Source of the DNA: an uncultured Spirochaetaceae bacterium
GTDB lineage: Bacteria; Spirochaetota; Spirochaetia; Sphaerochaetales; Sphaerochaetaceae
Assembly (NCBI GenBank): GCA_964545735.1
Contig: CAZJGS010000001.1
Coordinates: 3,726-67,725 of the forward strand
Length of the DNA: 64,000 nucleotides
Direction of reading: 5' to 3'
The translations under genes and the position numbers were made by a program. The notes beneath the pieces are model-generated. The model worked only from the letters and a program-made list of their open reading frames with translations. It was not told the DNA's origin and ran no database searches. Positions within the stretch are counted from its first letter, which is position 1. Every line of letters starts with the position of its first letter. This document shows positions 55,990 through 64,000 of this stretch, piece after piece.

Positions 55990-56975
55990 TGAAAAAATTT
56001 GTAACCACTATGGTTGTAATACTAGCCTTACTAGTTGTATTTGTTATACTCGGACCTTTCTATATTTTAGTAGAGGGAGAACAATCAGTTGTAACTCGTT
56101 TTGGTAAAATTATCGAAAGCGAAGATACTGCTGGATTAAAATTCAAGATTCCATTTATTGATAATGTTGTTGTTTATTCAAAGAAAATTCTATCTTGGGA
56201 TGGAGAAGCTCAAAGAATTCCAACCAAAGAAAACCAATTTATTTGGGTTGATACCACAGCAAGATGGAAAATTAGTGATCCTGCTCTATACTATGAAACA
56301 ATTAATACTCTAAGTAATGGTATTTCTAGGTTAAATGATGTTTTAGATTCTACAGTTAGAACTGTAATATCAGAAAATTCATTGAATGAAGCAGTTCGTA
56401 ATTCAAACCAAATTAATGTAATAAAAGTTGAAGCTACTGTTCAAAACTTAGACAATTTGCAAGATGCAGAAAATCTTAGAAACTTGACAAAAACAAACAC
56501 GCTTCAAGAAAACATTTCTATAGGTCGTGAGGGTTTATCTTCAAGAATGTATACTATGGCTGATGAATTTACTGATGCTTATGGTATTGAATTGATTGAT
56601 ATTGTTATTCGTCAGATTAGATACAGTGATGATTTGACTCAAAGTGTATATGAAAGAATGATAAAAGAAAGAAACCAAATAGCTGAAGCTTATCGCTCCT
56701 ATGGTCAAGGACAACTTGCTCAATGGAAAGGTAAAACTGAAAGTGAACAAAAAGATATCATTTCAACAGCCTATGCTACTAGTGAAGAAAAGAAAGGTAT
56801 AGCTGATGCTGAAGCTGCAAGAATTTATGCTAAAGCTTATGAAGCAGATCCTTACTTCTTTAAACTCTGGAAAACTCTAGAATCATACAAAAAAACAATT
56901 CCTTCACTAAACAAAATATTAACCACTGATATGGAATATTTTGATATGCTTTACGGAATAAATGTTGAGAAATAG
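55989..56975 (+). CDS. hflC: FtsH protease modulator HflC (SPFH/band-7)
   Basis: N-terminal TM followed by an SPFH domain (VEGEQSVVTRFGK, AGLKFKIPFID). Confidence 0.88.
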   Translation: MKKFVTTMVVILALLVVFVILGPFYILVEGEQSVVTRFGKIIESEDTAGLKFKIPFIDNVVVYSKKILSWDGEAQRIPTKENQFIWVDTTARWKISDPALYYETINTLSNGISRLNDVLDSTVRTVISENSLNEAVRNSNQINVIKVEATVQNLDNLQDAENLRNLTKTNTLQENISIGREGLSSRMYTMADEFTDAYGIELIDIVIRQIRYSDDLTQSVYERMIKERNQIAEAYRSYGQGQLAQWKGKTESEQKDIISTAYATSEEKKGIADAEAARIYAKAYEADPYFFKLWKTLESYKKTIPSLNKILTTDMEYFDMLYGINVEK

Positions 56976-57004
56976 AAAATAATCTATTAATCAAAACTAA
57001 TAAA

Positions 57005-57039
57005 AACTTGAATGTAATTAATTTGCATTCAAGTTTTTT
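57005..57039 (+). terminator. Rho-independent terminator after hflC
   Basis: ACTTGAATG (57005-57013) pairs with CATTCAAGT (57025-57033), followed by a T-run. Confidence 0.8.
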
Positions 57040-57204
57040 TATGCCCATTTACAACCAATATCCTCCCATACAGTGTTATGTTGATAACAAATAAGCGTAT
57101 ATTTATTAACTAATTTCAATAAAATATGTATAATTATTACTTAATACTTGATTTATATTAATTTTTATTGTATAAATATGCTAAATATCATTTGGAGGTT
57201 TATT

Positions 57205-58248
57205 ATGATAAAAGTAGGAGTAGTTGGAGCTACTGGGTACTCTGGTGCAAAACTCGTAGAATTATTACTCAATCATAAAGAAGCAGAAATCGTTTATTTA
57301 GGATCAAAATCATACACAGGCCTTACTTTAGGGGAAGTTTATAAAAACTTTTCACCCTTTAAAAATTTAGTTTTAGAGAATCTTGAATTACTAGAGGTAA
57401 GTAAAAAATGTGATGTAGTTTTTCTAGCACTACCTAGTAAAATAGCCAAAGATTTGATTACAGAAGAAATACTAGATAACACTCTCATAATTGATTTGGG
57501 TGCAGATTTTAGACTTGAAGATTCAATATCTTATCAAAAGTGGTACCAAACTACTCCACCTAATTCAAATATATTAAAACAAGCCATTTATGGATTAACC
57601 GATATATATAAAGATAAAATTAAACAAACAAAACTGATAGCTAATCCTGGTTGCTATACTACCTGCTCAATTTTAACACTAGCACCTTTGGTTTATAATA
57701 ATTTGATAGATTTAGATTCTATTATAATTGATGCAAAAAGTGGTGTTTCAGGAGCTGGAAAAAGTTTAAATTTTAATTCCCTATATTGTGAAGCCAATGA
57801 AAATATAAAAGCTTACGCATTAACTTCTCACCGGCACACTCCAGAAATTGAGCAGGAACTTAGTAAATTAGCAAAAAGAAAAGTAATTGTACAATTCACC
57901 CCACACCTAGTTCCAATGAACAGAGGGATTTTATCAACTTGCTATGCAAAATTAAAAAAAGATGTGGACTCAAAACAAATAAACACAGCTTACATTAATT
58001 TTTTTAAAGATTGTGAATTTGTAAACTTTTTGGGAGAAAATCAAACAGTTGAAACAAAATATGTAAAAGATTCCAACCGAATAGATATTAGTTTCACTAT
58101 AGATAAGAGAACAAGAAACATAATTGCTCTTGGAGCAATAGATAATCTTGTAAAAGGCGCGAGCGGACAAGCTATGGAAAATATGAATCTATACTTTGGC
58201 TTTGATCAATATTTGGGGTTGCAAAAATTTGCATCAACTCCAATATAA
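57205..58248 (+). CDS. argC: N-acetyl-gamma-glutamyl-phosphate reductase
   Basis: VGVVGATGYSGAKL and ANPGCYTT (catalytic Cys) motifs. Start trimmed to the ATG at 57205, after GGAGG. Confidence 0.92.
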   Translation: MIKVGVVGATGYSGAKLVELLLNHKEAEIVYLGSKSYTGLTLGEVYKNFSPFKNLVLENLELLEVSKKCDVVFLALPSKIAKDLITEEILDNTLIIDLGADFRLEDSISYQKWYQTTPPNSNILKQAIYGLTDIYKDKIKQTKLIANPGCYTTCSILTLAPLVYNNLIDLDSIIIDAKSGVSGAGKSLNFNSLYCEANENIKAYALTSHRHTPEIEQELSKLAKRKVIVQFTPHLVPMNRGILSTCYAKLKKDVDSKQINTAYINFFKDCEFVNFLGENQTVETKYVKDSNRIDISFTIDKRTRNIIALGAIDNLVKGASGQAMENMNLYFGFDQYLGLQKFASTPI

Positions 58249-58257
58249 GGAATAAAA

Positions 58258-59478
58258 ATGTATAAAATAATAGATACCCCTACTTTACCAAAAGGTTTTA
58301 AAATTAATGGTATTGCCTGTGGTTTAAAAAAAATAAAAAAAGATTTATCTTTAATTGTAAGTGATAATTTATGCTTTTCAGCAGGAACTTATACCACAAA
58401 TAAAGTAAAAGCTGCCCCTGTTATTTGGGACAAAAATCTTACTGATAATAAATTTAGTACAAAAGCCCTTATTGTAAATAGCGGTAATGCTAATGCCTGC
58501 ACTTCCACTCAAGGCGAAAACGACAATCAGGAAATAGCGAAGTACCTTGCAAAACACTTAGACTGTGATGAAAAGAATATACTTATCTGCTCAACAGGTG
58601 TAATTGGAGTGCCACTAGAAATGGACACTTACAAAAAAGGAATTGCTTCTATTGTTAAAACTATCGAGGTAAGTGATGAAAATTTATCAAATTTTAGTAA
58701 TGCAATACTTACTACAGACACTTTCTCCAAAATTGTTTCAGTTAAAACTGTTATCGATAATAGAGAAGTTACCATAACAGGGATTGCTAAAGGCTCAGGC
58801 ATGATTCATCCAAATATGGCAACCATGCTTAGTTTTATTTTTACTGATGCGAATATAGAGCAACAAGCACTCCAAAATCTATTAGGTAATACAATAGAAG
58901 ATACTTATAATATGATTAGTATTGATGGCGATACCAGTACAAATGATACAGTTATAGCTTTAGCCAGCGGATATGCTAATAATGATATTATAAGTGAAAC
59001 CTCTTTCTATTTTAAACAGTTTCAAAAAGCCTTTGAATTTGTAAATACTTTTTTAGCCAAAGAAATAGTAAAAGATGGAGAAGGGGCTAGTAAATTTATA
59101 CAAGTAGATTTAACTGGTGCTAAAACAAAAAAAGATGCAAAAAATATTGCAAGAACTGTAGTTAGTTCAAATCTTGTAAAATGTGCCTTTTTTGGAAGTG
59201 ATGCAAACTGGGGAAGAATTCTCTGTGCAATGGGTTACAGCGATAGTTATTTTGATACAAACAATGTCTCAATATCTTTCGAAAGTGATAAAGGTACAAT
59301 CTGTGTTGTTGATAAAGGGCAACCTATAAAATTTGATGAAAATTTAGCTAAAGATATTCTATTAGAGAAAACTATTCTAGTTAAAATAAAGCTAAAAGAT
59401 GGTGATTATAGTGCCACAGCCTGGGGCTGTGATTTAAGCTATGATTATGTAAAAATCAATGGCGACTACAGGAGTTAG
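58258..59478 (+). CDS. argJ: Bifunctional ornithine acetyltransferase / N-acetylglutamate synthase
   Basis: GIAKGSGMIHPNMATMLSF self-cleavage site (ATML) and the C-terminal CDLSYDYVKINGDYRS. Confidence 0.93.
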   Translation: MYKIIDTPTLPKGFKINGIACGLKKIKKDLSLIVSDNLCFSAGTYTTNKVKAAPVIWDKNLTDNKFSTKALIVNSGNANACTSTQGENDNQEIAKYLAKHLDCDEKNILICSTGVIGVPLEMDTYKKGIASIVKTIEVSDENLSNFSNAILTTDTFSKIVSVKTVIDNREVTITGIAKGSGMIHPNMATMLSFIFTDANIEQQALQNLLGNTIEDTYNMISIDGDTSTNDTVIALASGYANNDIISETSFYFKQFQKAFEFVNTFLAKEIVKDGEGASKFIQVDLTGAKTKKDAKNIARTVVSSNLVKCAFFGSDANWGRILCAMGYSDSYFDTNNVSISFESDKGTICVVDKGQPIKFDENLAKDILLEKTILVKIKLKDGDYSATAWGCDLSYDYVKINGDYRS

Positions 59479-59480
59479 GT

Positions 59481-60380
59481 GTGAAAGAATTTATTAAAAA
59501 AGCAGATACTCTTATTGAAGCTATTCCTTACATAAGAAAATTTTCAAATACTACGGTTGTTGTTAAGTATGGTGGATCAGCAATGATGAGTACCAAATTA
59601 AAAAAATCAATCATACAAGATATATCAATGCTAAAGTATCTTGGAGTTAATATTGTACTAGTTCATGGTGGAGGAAAAAATATTACAAATACTCTCTCTA
59701 AAATGAACAAAGAAACAAAGTTTGTTAATGGCCTAAGAGTTACGGACAAAGAAACTGCAAAAATAGCGGAAATGGTACTTTCTGGCAGTATTTCAAAATC
59801 TTTGGTTCAAAATTTACAAAGTCATGGACTAAATGCAGTTGGAATAAGTGGTAAAGATGGTAATACTCTCTCTGTATCTAAAGAAGAAAAAGAAGTTGAT
59901 TTAGGGTTTGTTGGCAAAATTGATTCAGTTAATACAGATCTATTAAACACTTTATTAGAAAACAATTATATTCCTGTATTTTCACCCATTGGTAGCGATG
60001 CTAAGGGAAATACTTATAATATCAATGCAGACTATGCTGCAAGCGCTCTAGCGGGTGCCCTTAAGGCTCAAAAGCTAATATTCTTAACTGACACCAATGG
60101 AATTTTAAAAGACAAAGATGATAATTCAAGTGTAATAAGTAGTATTACAAAAAAAGAAGCACAATCCTACATTAGTCAAAAAGTAATACAAGGCGGAATG
60201 ATTCCTAAAATAAACTGCTGCATTGAGGCAATTGAAAAAGGAGTCGAGAGTGTGCACATTTTAGATGGGAATTTACCCCACTCTATGTTATTAGAAATTT
60301 TCACATCAAAAGGATGTGGCACGATGATAATCAATGAGGATCAAAATAAAAACAAAAATGAGGATAATAAAGATGAATAA
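59481..60380 (+). CDS. argB: Acetylglutamate kinase
   Basis: VVKYGGSAM, LVHGGG, NINAD and GGMIPK signatures. GTG start. It has a short N/K/D/E-rich tail. Confidence 0.92.
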   Translation: MKEFIKKADTLIEAIPYIRKFSNTTVVVKYGGSAMMSTKLKKSIIQDISMLKYLGVNIVLVHGGGKNITNTLSKMNKETKFVNGLRVTDKETAKIAEMVLSGSISKSLVQNLQSHGLNAVGISGKDGNTLSVSKEEKEVDLGFVGKIDSVNTDLLNTLLENNYIPVFSPIGSDAKGNTYNINADYAASALAGALKAQKLIFLTDTNGILKDKDDNSSVISSITKKEAQSYISQKVIQGGMIPKINCCIEAIEKGVESVHILDGNLPHSMLLEIFTSKGCGTMIINEDQNKNKNEDNKDE

Positions 60381-61554
60381 GCAAATTGAAAGTTCCAAAC
60401 AAGTTATTTTAAATACATATACCAAATTTCCAGTAGTTTTTGAAAAGGGAGAAGGAAATTATTTAATCGACTCAAATGGCGATAAATATTTAGACTTTGT
60501 CGCAGGAATAGCTGTTAATGCCTTAGGTTATAATAATGCTGAAATCAAAGCTGCTTTAATTAAAGTAATAGAAAATGGTGTTTTTCACACCTCTAACCTT
60601 TATTGGCATCCTTATGAATTACAAGCGGCATCTAAATTAATAAACCTTTCTGCCCTTGAAAAAGTTTTCTATTGTAATAGTGGAGCTGAAGCTAATGAAG
60701 CAGCTCTAAAACTTGCAAGAAAATTTGGATCAAAAGACAATCGCTTTAAAGTAATCTCGATGAATCACTCCTTTCATGGAAGAACTTATGGTGCTGTTTC
60801 AGCAACAGGACAAGAAAAATATCATAAAAACTTTTTTCCGCTCCTTGAGGGTATAGCTTTTGCTTCTTTCAATGATTTAAGTAGCGTTGAAAAAATTATT
60901 GATGATAAATGTTGTGCAATTATTGTTGAACCACTTCAAGGTGAAGGTGGTATTATTCCAGCTACTAAAGAATTTCTACAAGGTCTTAGAAAGTTGGCAG
61001 ATAAACACAATTTGCTATTAATTTTTGATGAAGTTCAATGTGGTATGGGAAGATGTGGAAAACCCTTTTGCTATCAAGTTTACGATGTCAAACCAGATGT
61101 ATTAACACTTGCAAAAGCACTAGGTGGGGGAATTCCTTGTGGCGCAATGGTTGTTGGAAAAAAAGCAAACAACATATTCGAGCCTGGAGATCATGCTTCT
61201 ACTTTTGGTGGTAATTTATTAGCACTTAGTGCTCAATCCGTTGTATTAGGAAAACTAGAGGATAAAGAATTTCTCGACAGTATTTCAGAGAAAGGTGAAT
61301 TATTAGTCGAAGGTTTAGTGAAACTAATTAAAAAATATCCAGATAAACTAGAATCAGTTAGGGGATTGGGGTTAATGCAAGGTTTGGTAGTAAAATGCAA
61401 TCCTATTGAAATTATCAATGGTTGTTTAAAAAACAAACTATTGGTAGTAAGAGCTGCAAGTGATGTGGTAAGGTTTGTACCACCATTAACAATCAAAAAA
61501 GATGAAATTGAAGCTATGCTATCAATATTAGATAGAGTAATTGCCTCTATTTAA
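60373..61554 (+). CDS. argD: Acetylornithine aminotransferase (class III)
   Basis: NSGAEANEAALKLARK, FDEVQCGMGRCGK and LAKALGGG (PLP-Lys) signatures. Start trimmed to the ATG at 60373, overlapping the argB end. Confidence 0.9.
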   Translation: MNKQIESSKQVILNTYTKFPVVFEKGEGNYLIDSNGDKYLDFVAGIAVNALGYNNAEIKAALIKVIENGVFHTSNLYWHPYELQAASKLINLSALEKVFYCNSGAEANEAALKLARKFGSKDNRFKVISMNHSFHGRTYGAVSATGQEKYHKNFFPLLEGIAFASFNDLSSVEKIIDDKCCAIIVEPLQGEGGIIPATKEFLQGLRKLADKHNLLLIFDEVQCGMGRCGKPFCYQVYDVKPDVLTLAKALGGGIPCGAMVVGKKANNIFEPGDHASTFGGNLLALSAQSVVLGKLEDKEFLDSISEKGELLVEGLVKLIKKYPDKLESVRGLGLMQGLVVKCNPIEIINGCLKNKLLVVRAASDVVRFVPPLTIKKDEIEAMLSILDRVIASI

Positions 61555-61568
61555 TTTTAAAAAAAACT

Positions 61569-61597
61569 GGGAGAAAAAGAATTATTCTTTATCTCCC
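61569..61597. terminator. Bidirectional terminator between argD and the decarboxylase gene
   Basis: GGGAGAAAAAGAAT pairs with ATTCTTTATCTCCC with one mismatch. It is flanked by an A8 run and a T-rich run. Confidence 0.75.
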
Positions 61598-61618
61598 TTT
61601 TATATTTTTTACTCTTTA

Positions 61619-63085
61619 TTAGTTTTTCTTTTTTAACTTAGAAACTTCCCCAGCAACTATTTCATCTATCTTTTTAATCAAATAAAGCAATTCATAATTA
61701 GTAACTGTGGGATTTAATAAAGTACATTTTAAATAAACCTTATTATTGTAACTGGTTTGTCCTATTACTAGGCCATTTTCATGCAATAAGATTTTTCTTA
61801 TTTTTTTATTTAACTTGTCTGATCCTTTGTGCTTAAAAACAACAGAACTTAATTCAGGGGATACAACTGTTTCAAAGGCTTCATCCAAATCTAGCATATT
61901 ATAAAAAGTTGTTGCATTGTTTATGCATTTATCTATAATTTTAGAGTAGCCGTCTCTCCCTTGAGTTTGAAAAGCTATCCAGACTTTCAAAGCATCAAAA
62001 CGCCTAGTAGTTTGTATAGATTTTCCGACTAAATTAGTATAGCCATCTTCTTCATCTTCCTCTCTATTTAGATAATCAGCATGCAATTGATATGGCTCTA
62101 GAAGTTTTTTATCCTTAACTAAAAAGGCACTACAACTTATTGGAAGTAAAAACATTTTATGAAAATCAATAGTAATTGAATCAGATAATTCTATACCTTT
62201 AATTCTATCTCTATATTTTTCACTTAAAATTAATGCGCCACCGTAGGCTGCATCACTGTGAAGATACATAGAGTGTTTATCACAAATTTCTCTGATTTTT
62301 ACTACATCATCAATACTTCCATAATCAGTAGTTCCAATTGTAGCAACTACTGCAATTGGAATTAAACCTTTGGCTAAATCCTCTTGAAGCATTATATTAA
62401 GCTGTGAATTATCGAGTTTAAACTGATCATTTGTGGGAACTTTTCTAACACAATCATACCCTAGTCCTAAAATGTGCGCTGCTTTTTCAATTGAAAAATG
62501 AGATAAACACGAGGTGTAAATTCTAAATTTATGATAATTAGAGGGTAAACCTTTTTTCTTTATATCGTGGTGCAAAATATTGTTACAATACCAATCTCTA
62601 GCACATATTAACCCACTAAAATTTGATTGACTGCCACCGGAGGTAAAAACACCATCACTGTCACCACTATAATTATATAATTTAGTTAACATATTTATAA
62701 CTAGCAATTCTACTTCAGTAGCAACAGGACTTTGATCCCAGGAATCCATAGATTGATTAAAGGAGGCTATTATCAACTCGCTAGCAATACTCTCTACAAT
62801 TGCTGGACTGTGTAAATGTGCCATATAACCTTTTGAAGAGGTATATAAAAAATTAGGTAAGATTTTATTAATTACTTTATTTAATACTTCATCAAAGCTT
62901 TCACCGGTTTCAGGTAAAATATCAATTTGCTCAAGTTCATTCTTTAATTCATATGGAGACAAGCCCCTATAAGCTAAAGATGTATTAAAAGAATTGGTTA
63001 TAGCCTTGGAAGTTTTAGCAATAATATCATTATAATATTGTTTGCTTTTATTATTATTATTTAATAGTAAATTCTCAAATTCCAT
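61619..63085 (-). CDS. ddc: Group II PLP-dependent decarboxylase (L-2,4-diaminobutyrate decarboxylase-like)
   Basis: SGGSQSN, HSDAAYGG and SITIDFHKMF (PLP-Lys) motifs. It overlaps the upstream aminotransferase gene by 11 nt. Confidence 0.8.
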   Translation of the reverse strand: MEFENLLLNNNNKSKQYYNDIIAKTSKAITNSFNTSLAYRGLSPYELKNELEQIDILPETGESFDEVLNKVINKILPNFLYTSSKGYMAHLHSPAIVESIASELIIASFNQSMDSWDQSPVATEVELLVINMLTKLYNYSGDSDGVFTSGGSQSNFSGLICARDWYCNNILHHDIKKKGLPSNYHKFRIYTSCLSHFSIEKAAHILGLGYDCVRKVPTNDQFKLDNSQLNIMLQEDLAKGLIPIAVVATIGTTDYGSIDDVVKIREICDKHSMYLHSDAAYGGALILSEKYRDRIKGIELSDSITIDFHKMFLLPISCSAFLVKDKKLLEPYQLHADYLNREEDEEDGYTNLVGKSIQTTRRFDALKVWIAFQTQGRDGYSKIIDKCINNATTFYNMLDLDEAFETVVSPELSSVVFKHKGSDKLNKKIRKILLHENGLVIGQTSYNNKVYLKCTLLNPTVTNYELLYLIKKIDEIVAGEVSKLKKKN

Positions 63086-64000
63086 TATCTACTTCCTTTA
63101 CAGATGAAGAGAAAATTTCAAACATTTCTTCTATTTCACCATAGCTTATATTTAGGGCACAAAGCACTCTCATTACAGAGCCGTATCTGCCACCTTTTTC
63201 CATAATCAAATGTTTTTCAAAACATTTTTTTTGAACCAAAGCTGAAATATCTCCAGATGGTGGGAAAGAGCCTATAATATCTTTTTGACCTTTTGGATCT
63301 ATGAATTCTATACCAATCATCAAACCCTTACCTCTAATATCACCTATAACAGAGACTTCCTCTTTTAATTGAGTTAATTTTTCAAGTAAAAATTCACCTT
63401 TTTCTCTAACTTCTTTTAAAAAGGATGGTTTACTAACTTCATTTATTACAACTGTCCCTGCAGCCATTGCTAGTTGGTTTCCTCTAAAGGTCCCTGCGTG
63501 AGAACCGGCATTCCAACCATCATATTTTTTATTATAAATTACCAAGCTCATGGGTTGTGCCCCACCAATTGCTTTAGAAACTAAAATTGCATCTGGAGAA
63601 ATATCTGCATATTCATGTGCAAAAAACTTTCCAGTTCTACCTATTCCACATTGAATTTCATCAAAAATTAATGGAATATCTAGTTCTCTTGTAATTCTTC
63701 TTACCTCTTTTAAAAATTTAATTGGTGCTGGGATAACACCACCTTCCCCTTGAATAGGTTCTAATATAACAGCGGCGGGTTTTGTAATCCCACATTCAGG
63801 ATCTTTTAAAGTTCTCTCGAAATATGCAATTGCTGCATCAACTCCTTTATCACCACCCAAGGCAAAAGGACATCTATAAGAATATGGAAAAGGAAAAAAG
63901 TGAGCATCAGGCATCAAAGAAGCAACTTTTTCTTTTGCATTAAGATTACCTGTAAGAGCTAATGCTCCATGGCCCATTCCATGATATGCCCCAGAAAAAG
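63075..64000 (-). CDS. dat: Class III aminotransferase, diaminobutyrate--2-oxoglutarate transaminase-like (5' end beyond window)
   Basis: EPIQGEGG and FDEIQCGIGRTGKFF motifs. The frame stays open to the window edge. It is paired with the decarboxylase, as in dat-ddc loci. Confidence 0.75.
   Translation of the reverse strand, partial: FSGAYHGMGHGALALTGNLNAKEKVASLMPDAHFFPFPYSYRCPFALGGDKGVDAAIAYFERTLKDPECGITKPAAVILEPIQGEGGVIPAPIKFLKEVRRITRELDIPLIFDEIQCGIGRTGKFFAHEYADISPDAILVSKAIGGAQPMSLVIYNKKYDGWNAGSHAGTFRGNQLAMAAGTVVINEVSKPSFLKEVREKGEFLLEKLTQLKEEVSVIGDIRGKGLMIGIEFIDPKGQKDIIGSFPPSGDISALVQKKCFEKHLIMEKGGRYGSVMRVLCALNISYGEIEEMFEIFSSSVKEVDNGI

Noticed and set aside
57040-57204. ArgR operator (ARG box) upstream of argC
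   Set aside because: The region is AT-rich, but I could not find a convincing TNTGAATWWWWATTCANW-type palindrome pair, and no argR gene is in the window.

Overview
Low-GC (about 30% by eye), densely coding bacterial chromosomal window with about 62 protein genes, one tRNA-Tyr and no rRNA. Nearly all of it is housekeeping. The main blocks, in order:
- EF-G C-terminus, XRE and LacI regulators, and a sugar ABC importer
- a second, divergent EF-G paralogue, an RRM RNA-binding protein, and trmB-mfd
- a yhhQ-like transporter, ldhA, tRNA-Tyr, bcp, an Hc1-like histone, nfo and nrdR
- aroK-aroC, then an XPB-like helicase plus a large partner gene, then FAH and an aroD/E fusion
- an ABC-F ATPase and maf
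- rpsB-tsf-frr-uppS-cdsA-dxr-rseP, converging on dnaB-rplI-DUF2232-rpsR-ssb-rpsF
- murD, a FemAB-like gene, and two unknown secreted proteins
- a five-gene PLP/RidA/nitrilase/YheO operon
- metG, hflKC, argCJBD, and ddc-dat

Gene order suggests a low-GC member of the Spirochaetota: rpsB-tsf-frr without pyrH, rpsF-ssb-rpsR-rplI-dnaB, two EF-G paralogues, and an ISMTC-type lipobox. I cannot run a search to confirm this.

I saw no transposase, integrase, phage gene, CRISPR array or recognisable defence system, so this does not look like an accessory island.

The points most worth a second look:
- the XPB-like helicase and its 678-aa partner, translationally abutted to aroC
- an EF-G paralogue whose catalytic His is replaced (DTPGY)
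- a tight operon of two PLP enzymes, RidA, a C-N hydrolase and an embedded YheO regulator
- a divergent pair of related orphan secreted proteins
- an unannotated 29-aa bS22-like micro-ORF
- a GC-rich structured leader upstream of the yhhQ-like gene
- a 690-bp gene-free convergent gap with twin palindromes
- an L9 carrying a tandem-repeat C-terminal tail
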